Assembly: GCA_965112735.1 (NCBI GenBank)
Contig: OZ218963.1
Coordinates: 1,116,001 to 1,180,000 of the forward strand
Direction of reading: 5' to 3'
Source: Phaeosaccion multiseriatum
Taxonomy: Eukaryota; Protista; Ochrophyta, other classes
DNA length: 64,000 nucleotides
Below the pieces are notes generated by a model. The model was not told the origin of the DNA and ran no database searches. It worked only from the letters and a program-made list of their open reading frames with translations. Below are positions 23,321 to 35,987 of this stretch, piece after piece. Both the position numbers and the translations under genes were made by a program. Position 1 is the stretch's first letter. Each line of letters starts with the position of its first letter.

Positions 23321-24194
23321 GTCACTCACTCACTCACTCACTCACTCACTCACTCACTCACTCACTCACTCACTCACTCACTCACTCACTCAGTCACTCA
23401 CTCACTCAGTCACTCACTCACTCACTCACTTACTCACTCACTCACTCACTCACTCACTCACTCACTCACTCACTCACTCACTCACTCACTCACTCACTCA
23501 CTCACTCACTCACTCACTCACTCACTCACTCACTCACTCACTCACTCACTCACTCACTCACTCATTCACTCACTCACTCACTCACTCACTTACTTACTCA
23601 CTCACTCACTCACTCACTCACTCACTCACTCACTCACTCACTCACTCACTCACTCACTCAGTCACTCAGTCACTCACTCACTCACTCACTCACTCACTCA
23701 CTCACTCACTCACTCACTCACTCACTCACTCACTCACTCACTCACTCACTCACTCACTCACTCACTGACTCACTCACTCACTCACTCACTCACTCACTCA
23801 CTCACTCACTGACTCACTCACTCACTCACTCACTCACTCACTCACTCACTCACTCACTCACTCACTCACTCACTCACTCACTCACTCACTCACTCACTCA
23901 CTCACTCACTCACTCACTCACTCACTCACTCACTCACTCACTCACTCACTCACTCACTCACTCACTCACTCACTCACTCACTCACTCACTCACTCACTGA
24001 CTCACTCACTCACTCACTCACTCACTCACTCACTGACTCACTCACTCACTCACTCACTCACTCACTCACTCACTCACGCACTCACGCACTCACTCATTAC
24101 TCACTCACTCACTCACTCACTCACTCACTCACTCACTCACTCACTCACTCACTCACTCACTCACTCACGCACTCACTCACTTACTCACTCACTC
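23321..24194. repeat. ~0.87-kb (CACT)n microsatellite
   Basis: Direct inspection. Confidence 0.98.
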
Positions 24195-24205
24195 AAACAA
24201 CACAC

Positions 24206-24472
24206 TCGGCCCCTGACAAGGTTCTGGGTTCCAGGTTCTGGCCGGCGCCAGCCGGCCAGGTTCCAGGTTCTGAAAAAAAACGTATAGTAGGTTCCAGGTT
24301 CCCCGGAAAAAGCCGTGTAATAAGGCAATGATAAGGTCCCCTGAACCTGGGTAGAACCTGGGTTCCAGGTTCTGGCCGGCGTCAGCCGGCCAGGTTCCAG
24401 GTTCTGGTCGGCGTCAGCCGGCCAGGTTCCAGGTTCTGGCCAGGGTCGCCTCAGAACCTTGTCAGGGGCCGA
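24206..24472. mobile_element. MITE, TCGRCCCC-terminus family (GGTTCCAGGTT subtype)
   Basis: Perfect 21-bp TIR TCGGCCCCTGACAAGGTTCTG; 7-bp flanking duplication AACACAC (24199-24205 / 24473-24479). Confidence 0.9.
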
Positions 24473-24657
24473 AACACACACAAAGAAAAGGCAGAGATGT
24501 TTTTCAAAAAAACCATCCACTGCCATCCGGAAATTTTGAAACTGTAAGTGGTCCCCCCTCTTTTTTTTTCTTTCTCTCTCTCTCTCTCTCTCTCGCTTCA
24601 TGAGTTCGGTGGACAGCCCTTTCTCTCCCCCCGTCCGTCACCCCTCTATCTCTCCTC

Positions 24658-27219
24658 ATGGGGTCGGCGGACAGCTGGTACGACCCCCTCCTCTTCTTTC
24701 TTCAACACGGAAAGTCTTCGAGCTCCAGCGTGGACTTTATCAAAACAAATGAGGCCCTCCGGCGATTTATCCACAAGCTGCGGATGAAGATGTCGGACGC
24801 TTCTCGGCTCTATCTTATCTACTCCAAGATAGACAAAGACAACTCGGGAAGCATCGACATCAACGAGGTAAAGCCCGGTCGTGCATCACCAGGCAGTTCT
24901 CCCTCTGCCTGCCTCCCCTCTCCTCTCTCACACCCTGTCCTTCACGTTCTTTGCCTATTTCGAAGCGAAATACTCCCCGCCTACATCAAGAGCTTTGAGC
25001 GTATCCGTGCCTTTGTTGCTACTCTCTCTCGCTCAACCTCATGCTCTCTCCAGGCAGCTCCCCTTACTCTCCCCCTCCTCTCCCCTCTCCCGCGCTTTTA
25101 TCCTGTGCAAGTTCTTTGCTTATTTCCAAGTGGAAAACACGGAGTATAATCGGAGAGCATTTCGTTTGCTGAGCTTCGAGGAGACAAGCAAGCACCTCCC
25201 TGTCAGCCATTACGAGCTCACTTGGGAAGAGGTGAGCGACCCTTGACACACCACTCCTGGCTGGTGCCACTGATGTGTCCGTAGTCACCCTCTCCGGCCC
25301 GATCCTCCCTCGCCCTATTATTTTGTGCATCCCCTCGCTTGTCTGATAGTGCTACCCTCTAGCCCACCTCTCTCCCCTCTCTCCGTGCTCGCCTTTCCCC
25401 CCCCAAACCGGGAGCACCACATCCCTTTCTTATCCCGCCCACCTTGCTTCCCATCTCTTCTCTCTCCTAGTTCTTCATTTCCCTCATAAACTATGGAACG
25501 CTCACCCACGAAACACTCGTGAGGTTCGCCTTCCACATGCTCGGCGGAGGCGACGCCGTGGTGGATCGAACGGACGTTCAACACTTCATGAGGATGATGT
25601 ATGAGGACGCCACCAAGGCTGAACTCAACACACAGGCCGTCATGGGCATCGTGCAGACAGATCAGAAGGGGTACTTTGGCTGGGAAGACTTTGCCAACGT
25701 GTCGGCAAGGCTGTCGTCAATTCTCTTTCCTGCCTTCACTCTCCAAAGAAAGATCCGAGGCCAGATCCTGTCACGCAGGTTTTGGGACAGCACCACGCGG
25801 AAACGGAAACGGGTAAGTGAGTCCTCCCTGGGAGGAAAGGCTCTCTGAGCCCTGGCGGCAGATGCGCATTTCGTTGTGGTTGCCGTCTGATTCAGGACGT
25901 TGGCCTTGCTCGGAAAGTCCTCTTTACTCTCTTGCTCGGCGACTTGCTTCTGCGCGTGACAGGCCTTCCCACGGCTAGACTATGGAGCGGACTTGATCAC
26001 GGAGTACGAGGTGTATCGGGAGGAGGAACTAGAGAGACAGAGGGGAGGCAATCGACGAACTAGCGTCATCAAGAGGGCCGTCAACAAGAGGGTCGAAGCT
26101 CAGTTGAAGAAGGGGGGTAGAGCGGGGCAGCTGGAGGAGTCACCTGCACCGAACAAGGAGGAGGAGGAGAACACGGCCGACGACGCTGGTGACGATGGCT
26201 CCGACGGCAGCGGCGACAAGAGCCGTTCAGGGAGTATCGTAGGGCCCTCCGCGGCCTCGGGGAGTGCGCAAAAGAGCGCCGAACGGAGACGCAGCACACG
26301 GCGTGTCAGTACCGCTGCCACCACGCGGAAGAGGTCGTCTTTGTTAGTGACGGGAGCCGACCCCAACCTTCACAACGAGCTCAAGAGTATGGCCAACTCC
26401 AAGGAGCGGCGCCGATCGAGCGTCAAGCAACGCGTGCGGGTGGCGGCGGCAGCAACAGATGAAGGAGCGGCCGCTGATAGTAGAAGAGTATCGAGCATGC
26501 GACCGCCCTCCGCCTCCGCCCCCCTGGAGAGTTCTCTGGCAGTGTCTGTGGCCAGCCCGGGCAGCAGCCAGCACTCGAACCATCCATCACCTGCCGCCTC
26601 TCGAAGGTCGAGTCAGGTCCTTGACGAAAAGAGAAGAGCTTCTCGCCGGCTCTCGGGGGCTCAAGGGAGGGGTGTAACTCTTTCCAGTCCCGAAGACAAG
26701 AAGAAGGGCAAGGGAGAGGGCTCGGACGACGAATCTCTTGTCAGTGGCGCACCTGCAAGTAGCGGCAGCCCGTACAGGCGAAGGTCATCCACTCGAGAGA
26801 GGAGAGTGTCGGCAGCAGAAGCCCCCGCCGCCACCCCTTCTAGTCCGTCTGGGCACGGCTCCCCTTCCCGGCGGGCCTCTGCCAACGGAAGGAGGCGCTC
26901 GTCACAGCACAGCAAAGAAGGAGGAGGAGCAGCAGTGACAGGAGCGGCCAGTGGGGGCAGCATCAAGAGAAAGAGCATCTTCGACGGCTTGCAAATCAAA
27001 GAGGTGCAAAGCGTGGCAGGAATGGGGACGAACGGCTCGGGGGGAAGGGTGCAGCGGCCAAGCTTAAGTGGGGGGCCTTACGCGAGGACGTCCATTGGAG
27101 GGGCGGGAGACATGGACAAGGCGCGGGCACAGGCAGAGGGCAGAAGCGACCCTCGGGCCATCGCCAAGCGCCTCAGAGAGGCTGAGCAGAGCCAACCGCA
27201 TGGAGAGGCGGGGGGGTAG
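24658..27219 (+). CDS. Calcineurin B-like EF-hand protein with N-myristoylation motif and long disordered Ser/Arg-rich tail
   Basis: Starts MGSADS. EF loop DKDNSGSIDINE, then LVRFAFHML and SILFPAFTLQRKIR, joined over GT-AG introns to a 400-aa low-complexity exon. Confidence 0.75.
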
Positions 27220-28129
27220 CAGGGCGTAGAGACATTGAGTGCCATCCTTTTCCTCCTCCTGCTGCTGCTCGATTCGGTCTATTTACACAGGAAGTCAAGG
27301 AAGAGGTCTCTCTTTTGACGGGCCTGGTGGGCAGGCAAGAGGGAGGTATGATAGAGCGGAGCGGAGCGGAGCGGAGCGGAGAGGCCATGGCTGACCGCGG
27401 GAGACCGCCGAGTCGAGCTCTAAACTCTCTCTGGCAGCTTTGCTTTATACCCTCCTCCTGTACTTACTCAAACACACTCTTTGGAATAACGATACTGTAC
27501 GATACATGGAAAAAGCTGGAGAGTGATAAAGCAAGAGGTCTTGCCTTGACCCCAATAATGACCCCAATACAATAATAATGGAAGGCTCCCGTGTGCTCTG
27601 TCTCATTGTCCTCTTCCGGAAAGCAACGACAACAAAATGGCGTTGCGTCTCATAAATTTCAATTCTTCGCTGCTTACGCCGTAGTGCCTACTGCCTCAAA
27701 GAAAGAGAAGGTGTATTGTATTGGGTTAATTAATTAGCAATTAAATGTACAAAAACGAACCTCTCATGAGATGATTAGATGTAGCACACGCAGATGGGAA
27801 GAGGAGGGAAGAACGAGTTAATTCAGTAACAATTAAATTATTTTATTTAAAAAGAGGAACCCTCTAATTAGATGATTAAATGTAGCACACGCAGTTGGGC
27901 AGGGCCAAGCTGAGCATGTTACGCGCCTCTGCTTTCCCTGAAGAGAGGAGAAGAGAAGAGCAGAAAGGAAGCACAACCAACACACACAGGAAGCAGCGCA
28001 GGCAAGCAAGCAAGCGTGGTTTGTTTGTTTGCTTGTTTGTGAGTGAGTGAATGAGTGAATGGCCTCATGTGCCTGCGATGCGAGCTAAACATTGGAGGCA
28101 ATCCGGGCCCACTTCTCAGTAGGGCTCAT

Positions 28130-29250
28130 CTACTGACGGTCGGGCCCCTCTCTGGAGCCAGCCAACGCCTGCTTGACTTGGTCCTCCTCACCTTCCAATT
28201 GCTTGTTGCCGAGCATGTTGAGCTCAACGAGGTTAGTGAGCTGCGAGAAGGAGCCGGGTACCCGCCCCGTAAAGTCGTTCTTGTCCAGGTATAGACTCTT
28301 GAGGTTGGTGAGTCTCCCGAGGGACTCGGGAGGAGGGCCTGTTATCCGATTGTGGCGCAAGCTGAACATCTCGAGCTTGGACAAGTTGCCCAGGCTCTCT
28401 GGCAGAAGTTCACTCAGCTGGTTGTTGTTCAAGTACAGCTGCAAATGGTGGAGGGAGGGGGGACGCGAAAGGCCGAGGGCGGTAGGTAGCAACAGGACAT
28501 TAGACGCCCTCCCCACGACCAACGCATGAAGAAGCTCTGCCAAGCTGGCCTGTTTCCAGACCATTCCAAGCTGGCCTGTTTCCAGACCATTCCAAGCTGG
28601 CCTCCTTGCAGACCCTTCCATCCACCCCGCCCGCCGAGGTGATGGAGTGGGTTGGGAGTCGGTGGCAGTGCCCACACAAAGAAAGGATCCGTCACACACA
28701 CACACACGCACTCACCCCTTCCAAGCTCTCCAGCCTGCCCAACGACGCTGGGACGGGTCCCTCGAGATAGTTGGCATTGAGCCACAGCTCCTTCAGAGAG
28801 CGAAGTTCCCCCAGCTCCTCCGGGATGGGACCACTGAGCTTGTTGTCCCGGAGACTCATGTACGTGAGGGATGAGAAGTTGCCGAAGGAGGCGGGAATGT
28901 TGCCTACCGTCACGGTTAGTCGGCAAAGGGCAGGGGAAAACAGGGGGGTTGAGAAGAGGAGGCATCCACACGAGGGAGGCTCTTCCTTACTTAATCTCGT
29001 TCCTACCTGACAGTTCATTCCCGGCCAGCGACAGCTCCCAGAGATGAGAGAGGTTCCCCAGACTGGCCGGTAGCTGGCCCGTCAACTTGTTCCCAGCCAA
29101 GTACAGCTTCCGCAGGCAAACCAACGCCCCGATGCTTGAAGGGATTTCGCCCGTGAGGTTGCTGTGAGTGAGTGAGTGGCAAACCGGAAGGGAAGGGAAG
29201 GGAAGGGAAGGAGTGTCGAGCGTCGAAGCCGAGTCGTGAGCATAGCCACC

Positions 29251-29284
<34 letters not shown>

Positions 29285-30217
29285 TCATCAACAACAACAA
29301 CATCAACAAGGGCACCCGCTCTGACACAAGCATGTCTACCCAAAGCACAGCACCCCCCTTACCTTCTGCCCAAATCGAGCCATTCGATGGTGGTGATGGC
29401 GGTCATCCGAGGGGGGATGGGTCCGTGTAGCTCGTCGTGGTAGTCGAGAATGACGGAGAGGGGCGCCAGGCGAGCTCTGGTCCACTCTTCGTTCTCCTCC
29501 AATGAGGCGAAATACGCCACAAACTCCCCCAGCCCACGAATGTGCACCTTTAGGGGTTTGCCGTTGCTGCTGTCGGACACGAAATGGGCACAGCACAGGG
29601 TCGGCAAGCGCTGCGTCCGTCAGGGATTTGAAAACGCAGCAGCCTCCCGCCCCCCCCAACAAACAAATGTCGTCTACTTACACTCCCCTCCTGTTTGGTA
29701 CACCAAGACAGAACGTACCTTTGCTCGGCCGAGCCCCCCCCCCCTCTGTCCTCTGCCGAGGCCCTCCTCTGCCCCAACCTGCCGACCTTCAGCCAGCTCC
29801 TCGACTGGGAAGTGGCAGCAGCGACTTTATACACATCTCTGAGAGTGAGGCACTGCGTCAGAGACTCGCACACCGTAGCCGTGCCCAGAGTGGACAGGAT
29901 GGACACTGGGCCGGCAAACGCAGCAGCAGAAGCGTCTCCCGTTCTTCTCCGTTGATGTGCGGGACTGATGTGTGGACATTTGGGATTGGGGGCGTAGGAC
30001 AAGTGCCTATTAGTGTCTTGCTGCTATCCGGTGCCAGGAGGAACGGTCAACGACTTCGGATGACACACAAGAGAATGCATCAGCCTATCAGCCTGAAGGA
30101 GGGCCAAGGGTGGAGTCCAGGAATTGCCCGAAACATCCTCAAACCCCTGCAAACTCACCTTTGCGCCGCTCCTTCCGGCGCTTGCGGCACGCTTGCATCC
30201 TCATCCATGGATTCCAT
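28130..30217 (-). CDS. Leucine-rich repeat protein (plant-specific-type LRRs), no evident signal peptide or TM
   Basis: Repeats LxxLxLxxNxL(T/S)GxIP in several exons. Probable start MESMDEDAS at 30217. Confidence 0.85.
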
Positions 30218-30590
30218 GATGTCTCAGCAGCTGTGAGCCCTCCCCCAAAGAAATTACTCTGTTCAGGCCTTACGAGAGAACGGCTCCTTGCCAAGCATTG
30301 GAAGGAGGAAACGCGTAGAGTGGGGAAGTCCACCCAAGATCAGTCAGGTTAAAAGCGGGAGGAGATGTATTTCCTGCCTGCCTGCCTGTCTCTTTCGCTG
30401 GAAAAAACTATCAAAAAACAAAACAACAAGCCCATTCCCCCATGTCAATGAATCCGCCCGGGTCACTGACTTATCATGTGCTTACTTTTCCCCTTGAACA
30501 TTTTTTTTTTTCATCTTTTTTTGGGGCCTCCACTCCCTCTTTCGGTGCCCTCTCTTTCCAGTATCTCCCGGCTGGGCATTCAACTGAGCC

Positions 30591-32522
30591 ATGCCTAAGG
30601 GGAAGGAAGAACCGATGTTTGATGTTTATGAAGAGGTTGATGCGCCCATTACAAAGTAAGCCTTGTAGGTATTATTCGTGTTTTTGGTCGCTCCCCATTG
30701 TCGACAACAGCTTGGCAGCCCCCCCCCTCTCTCTGGCTTGCGTCGAGCTAACGAAATGGCTGCTTTCCCCTCTCGCTGGGCAGGATGATTGTTGGGCTGG
30801 TGGTGTTGCACCTGGTGAGCGCGGCGGTGTTCAGCAAGGTGAAAGCCTTATCGGGGAAGCCCCATCTCATGGCGCACCAGCTGGTGTGTCTGGTTGTCAA
30901 TCTGTGGGGCTGCTACTTTGGTCTGCAGGCGTGGTTCGGAGGAGGGGTAGACGGCGTGAAGGATCGCCTCTATGCATTTGTACCGGCCGCTTACGTCATC
31001 GGAAGGGTGAGCAGACTCTTGGGATGGGCCAGGCCTGGCATCGGCTCGGTAGTGGACGAACTGTACCACATTGGTAGTGGTGGAGTGGATCGTGCTGGTA
31101 ATCTATGATTCTGGTTTAGACAGGGGACCGCTTCTTTTGACGAGTGACGAGGAGAAAAAGCTTCCCGTGTCTGTTTGAGTGGGGGCGACAAGACTGGACC
31201 CCAACGCCCGCCTACCGTACCCGTGCTTGCCGCCGCTTCTCCACACACCCGTCCCAGCCCAACACCGCGCTCCAGGTGTACGACTTGTTCGCCACAGTGC
31301 TGATGCCTGACCTGCGCAAGGCAGAGATGGTGGTACACCACATGGTGTCGGTGCTGCTCGGCTACTTGCTTCTTCGAGACAGGTATACGGGCGGGCGGCA
31401 AAAGAAGACAAAACGCCGATTTCGTTAAGTCTGCTCGGGCTTCCTTTGACAGCTTGTTGGGTGATATTCCCCTCGAATTACGCCAATCTGCCTTCTGTTC
31501 CGCGCACGGAGATGACTGACTGACAGCCGCCACTCCCGCTTCTCTCTGCCGCACAAACGCCGTATGGACGCTGCCTGGCCGGCACAGGTACTGTAACTAC
31601 TACTCCGTCTTCTTCATGGGCCTGGGGGAGATCTCCACCATCCCGCTCGTCTTTGTGGTAAGTGGAGTCGTGGGTTCCAAGGCGGGATGGTCTCGTCTCT
31701 CGTCGCGTGCCTGACTCAGTACCCTCCCTCCCTCCCTCCCTCCCTCCCTCCCTCCCTCCCTCCCTCCCTCCCTCCCTCCCTCCCTCCCTCCCTCCCTCCC
31801 TCCCTCCCTCCCTCCCTCCCTCCCTCCCTCCCTCCCTCCCTCCCTCCCTCCCTCCCTCCCTCCCTCCCTCCCTCCCTCCCTCCCTCCCTCCCTCCCTCCC
31901 TCCCTCCCTCCCTCCCTCCCTCCCTCCCTCCCTCCCTCCCTCCCTCCCTCCCTCCCTCCCTCCCTCCCTCCCTCCCTCCCTCCCTCCCTCCCTCCGTCCC
32001 TCCGTCCGTCTGTCCGTGCATCCGTCCCTCAACTCGCAGGACGTGCTAAAGTACGTGCCCCAGCTCGCGTCCGGTGCTGTGATGAACGGTCTCCGCCAGG
32101 CATTTGCCTTGTTGTTCCTGTCCATTCGGGTGGTGTACTGGCCTTTTATCTGCTGCGACTTTTGGTACGACAACTACACCGCGTATAAAGGTGAGACAAA
32201 GGTGACGCTGCCCCTTCCCTTAGACTCTTGCACTATTACTGCTGCTGCCCGTGCTTGCGCGAGCGGGGAACCGCTGACTTGTGTGCTGCACACACCCACA
32301 CTCCGACTTTGACTTCACAACGATGACACATGACGAGCGAAATGTGATGCATGCATGTGGTGTGCGCCCACAGGCGACGGCTTCCACAGCAATTACGTGG
32401 CCGGGTTCTTCATGGTGGCCAACATAACGCTCACGGCCCTGCAGTTCTTCTGGGGATGGCTCATCGTCAAGGCCATCGTCAAACACGCAAAGGGCTCGGG
32501 GGGCGACAAGAAGGACCAATAA
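30591..32522 (+). CDS. TLC (TRAM/LAG1/CLN8) domain membrane protein
   Basis: Motifs VYDLF...EMVVHHMVS, FFMGLGEISTIPL, FALLFLSIRVVYWP and LTALQFFWGWLI. C-terminal KKDQ resembles a dilysine ER-retrieval signal. Confidence 0.88.
31722..31995. repeat. (CCCT)n microsatellite upstream of an acceptor in a TLC gene intron
   Basis: Direct inspection. Confidence 0.95.
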
Positions 32523-33559
32523 TGAGCAACCGGACTCATATTTTATTTACACAGTGGGAGCCTTTAAGGGTGTTCTGCCCTTTAATAAATCATTCACAGC
32601 AATACGTACGGTCTACGCGCTTGAGGAAGCGGGGGGGGGGGGCTGGTGGCCCCGAGGTACATACACATCCCCCGTCTCTACATCTACACGCGGCTTCCTC
32701 CCTATCTCACTGACTTGGTAGTTACGCACACGAGCTCACGCGATCACACCCGTCGAAGAGCGCGAGCTTCATTTCATGTGCTGTTGTTGAAGACCCATGA
32801 GATTGCCAAAAAAAAACTTCAACAGCCCAGCCGGATCTCCTCTCTCTCCTCTCCTGGTTGACTGAGCGTCGAAGATGCTCTTCAATTTAAAGATCCTCTA
32901 CCTGAAGTCTGCAGGAGAATCGCGGGGGCCTCAGTGCCTGCGCTGTGCTTGTTGCCCCCTTGCCAACTCACGCTCCTTCCGCTAGGACGGCGTCTTCGGA
33001 AGCCTTATTGAACGCAATTCGCAGGGCAGCTTCTGCGGAGAGTGTGGGGGGGTCTTTTCCGATCTGTGAGGGCAGAACGAGAGAGTAATCTTAGAGTTGC
33101 GTTAAGTATTCTGGAAGAGAAGGAGGGGGGAGAGAGGGAGAGGGGGGGGAAATGGTAGAGATAGGAAACCTACCTTTCTTCCACAAAAGCCCATCGATCT
33201 TGGCCACGAACAGGGGAGCACCCCTTGCTAAGTGGAGATGAAGCGTCCTCCTGCTGCTCAGCACTTGTGCTCGGCGCCGGCACGTTCATTGTTTGCGTTG
33301 AGAACGACCCGGGAGTTGTAACGAAGTTTGGAGTTTCAGTTTGGTGGAACAATGTTGCTGACGTAGTCGAATGTCAGGCGGTAGGCATATATATACATAG
33401 CCCGCCTCTAGGCAGCCTCCCAGTGACCGTGGGCGCGTGCGTGGTGCCGCCCAGCCAGTGGGTAGCAGCACACCTGTAGGTCTGCACTCCTCGTAGGGCC
33501 AGCGAGGCGTTCCCATGCAATGAAACTGACTACTCTTTGCACTCTGGGCACTCCCGCGG

Positions 33560-33724
33560 TGCCGCCGTCCGCCTAGTTGGCTGGCGTCTGCCCTAGGCCG
33601 CGCGGGCCTCCAGCCCGCCTAGGCCGCCTAGGCGGCGGCATATAAATAGGCCCACTACGGCCCTCGCTAGGCCGGACAATTTTCCCAATAGGCCTACTAG
33701 GCCGCTAGGCGTGCATGGGGCCGA
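33560..33724. mobile_element. Partial TCGRCCCC-family element (CTAGGC subtype), right end only
   Basis: Ends ...CTAGGCGTGCATGGGGCCGA with many internal CTAGGC/GCCTAG copies; no intact left TIR seen. Confidence 0.45.
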
Positions 33725-34491
33725 CTTTGTTGGTGCAGAGCGCAAGTGAGGAGAAGAATGTCGCATCTCTGGGTGAGGATGTACAGGAGTGGTTGATTGT
33801 CTGGGTGGGTGAGCGAGTGGAATTTGAATTTTAGTATAGAGCGAAGTGACTCTGTACGAGCGACGTAGCTAAATCGTTTTCGTGCCTCCGTAGTTCGATC
33901 GTTTGGTGACGTCCAAACAACTTGGTGCTAGCGCTATGGTGTACGTGAATGAGAGAGAGGGTGCGTGCGTGACTGCGTCTGCGCAGAGTAAGCGGTGCCA
34001 GGCCCTGCCTGCCCCGGAAGAGTCCATGTAAGACGGGGCCTCACTGAAGTCATTGACTCATTGCCTTGTGCTGGCAGGCCTCGAGAAATAGCCCCCCCCC
34101 CCGGGTGCCCATCCGACAGCAGCAGCAGCAGCTTGTCCACGAAGGAACCCAAGTGCCCTTCTTGCACAGTGTCAAGACATCATCAAGTGTAGATTTTATA
34201 GCCGTGCTTTCAAGTCACAAGTGCAGAATGAAGCGCACAATAAACCCTAACCCAACCCCCTCTAACTACTTACTTAGCCCCTTCTAAACTACATGTACTT
34301 ACTTCCCCCGCCTCTTCTAAGTACTAACTTTCCCTTCCCCTTGTAAACTACATGCTCTTACTTCCCCAGCCTCTTCTACACTTCCTCTTTCCCCTCTCTT
34401 CTTTTTCCCTTCTAAACTGCATATACTTACTTCCCCTGCCTCTTCTTCCTATCAACAACTATTCAATTCTTCTGCTACGGCGCACAAGACA

Positions 34492-35550
34492 CTATGGCCA
34501 CTGTAGACCTGAGCTCGCTCCACTGCTGCGGAGGCAAGTATAGCTCCCGTCGCTCGCCTCCACAGTCCCCTCCGTCGTCTTGACAGTGCTGTCCGTTGTG
34601 TCTGTCGCATTGCTCTTCTGGAGCTGCCTCGCTTCCTCCTTCTCCTCTTGATGATGCACCACGGCAAGAACGGAGGCAGCGGAGTGCCGTCGTGGGGGCG
34701 AGAAGCTGAAGTGGTTGACAGGAGCAGAGTTCCCCCTCTCCTCGCCGGCCGCTCTTGTCTCTTTCGCTCCAAGGCCGAGTCCAGGAAGCGTCTTGGTCGA
34801 AAACACCCGAAGTTTCTCGGACACTAATTCTCTGGGGCGCCTCCACAGCCACATGAAAGGGAGGGTTTTCGGACCACCTTTCCTCTGCTTCTTTTCTTGT
34901 GAGGCTACATCGCTCATCCTGCTCGACGTGCTAGTGCTGTTGGTGCTGTTAGGGGACGTATCGCTCGTCTCCGCTGAGTGTGCACTTGATGCTCGGCGAT
35001 GTCTCATACTCTCCGCAAAAAAGTGTTCACCGGCAGCCACCGCTTTCTCCTCTTTCTGCTGTTGTCGTTGTCGTTGTTGCTCTTGCTGCAGCCTCTTGTG
35101 CCCAAGCGCTTCCTGCCGTGTCTGGCTTTGTCGCTGAATAACTTGGTCCTGAGGCTCCAGCCAAAACCTAGTCGGACTCATCGATCTAGGTCGAACATTG
35201 TCATCACGACGAACAAAGGAACGAGGAGGAGGAGTGCTGCTTCTTCGTCCTGCCCTCCTTGCGAGCTCTTGCGTCGCGTACAAGCGGTCACTGACGCCAC
35301 CACCTGCTTACTGTTCCTGGCCGGAAAGACGGTGATGATGGGAGCCAAGGCTTACGGCTCGGTCGTCGTGTCCACGTCTGAGTTCGCCATCAGTCGCTCG
35401 CCGGCAGGGAGACCACGCCGCTTTCCCTCGACCCATAGCATAATCGACCTCCCTCCTCCCATCGTCAGGTGCCCCATACCCAGCGATGCGAGACACGTCT
35501 TCGGGTCTAAGGACTGAATGCTCTCTTGTTCGTTGCGATGAGGAGTCCAT
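34492..35550 (-). pseudogene. Hypothetical intronless ORF interrupted by one in-frame TAA
   Basis: ORF MDSSSQ...GQEQ (TAA 35308-35310) continues in the same frame as AGGGVSDRLYATQELARR... for about 270 more codons. Confidence 0.4.
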
Positions 35551-35987
35551 TCGTCCTCGTTTGTGTACGTAATTGTCGTGTACATATAAATACGGCGAAA
35601 GGTGAAAGAAATGTAACGGCAAGCAAAAAATTGTAATTTTTTTTTTTTACAATTGTCGTCGCTCCTGGCGCAACAAACTTATTTTGCTTACCGGTCGCCT
35701 CGGCACCCTCCGCCGTTCGGGCTCTTCTCTTGGTTCTCCAATCGTGCACGCGTCCTCTCACCATGACACTCTCGCCTCACACACCCACACACCCACACAC
35801 CCACACACACTTTCAGTTTCAGTTTCTATGGTGAAAAAAAAAGAAGGGGATTTCTTTAAATTCCTCCCTCCTGTCTAGCGAGCCTTGACCGACGACGGCC
35901 CGCTGATCGTATCCAGTCCATCTCTGCTTCTCCTTGCCGTAAACGCCACCAATCGCCACAGCCAGCCACCGCCTAGTCAGTCCAGCT

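Noticed and set aside
20764-23768. Long ORFs reading (GGRE)n, (LPPS)n or (SLTH)n
   Set aside because: These are translations of (CCCT)n and (CACT)n microsatellites.
27725-27900. AT-rich imperfect direct duplication (gatgatta.atgtagcacacgcag x2)
   Set aside because: The duplication is real, but no TIR, TSD or function can be supported.
28700-29165. Ectocarpus-style 72-bp shuffling LRR exons
   Set aside because: The exon I measured (29007-29161, 155 bp) is not a multiple of one LRR unit.
35308-35310. Stop-codon reassignment (TAA = Gln)
   Set aside because: Conserved genes here show no internal stops and end normally at TAA, TAG and TGA.
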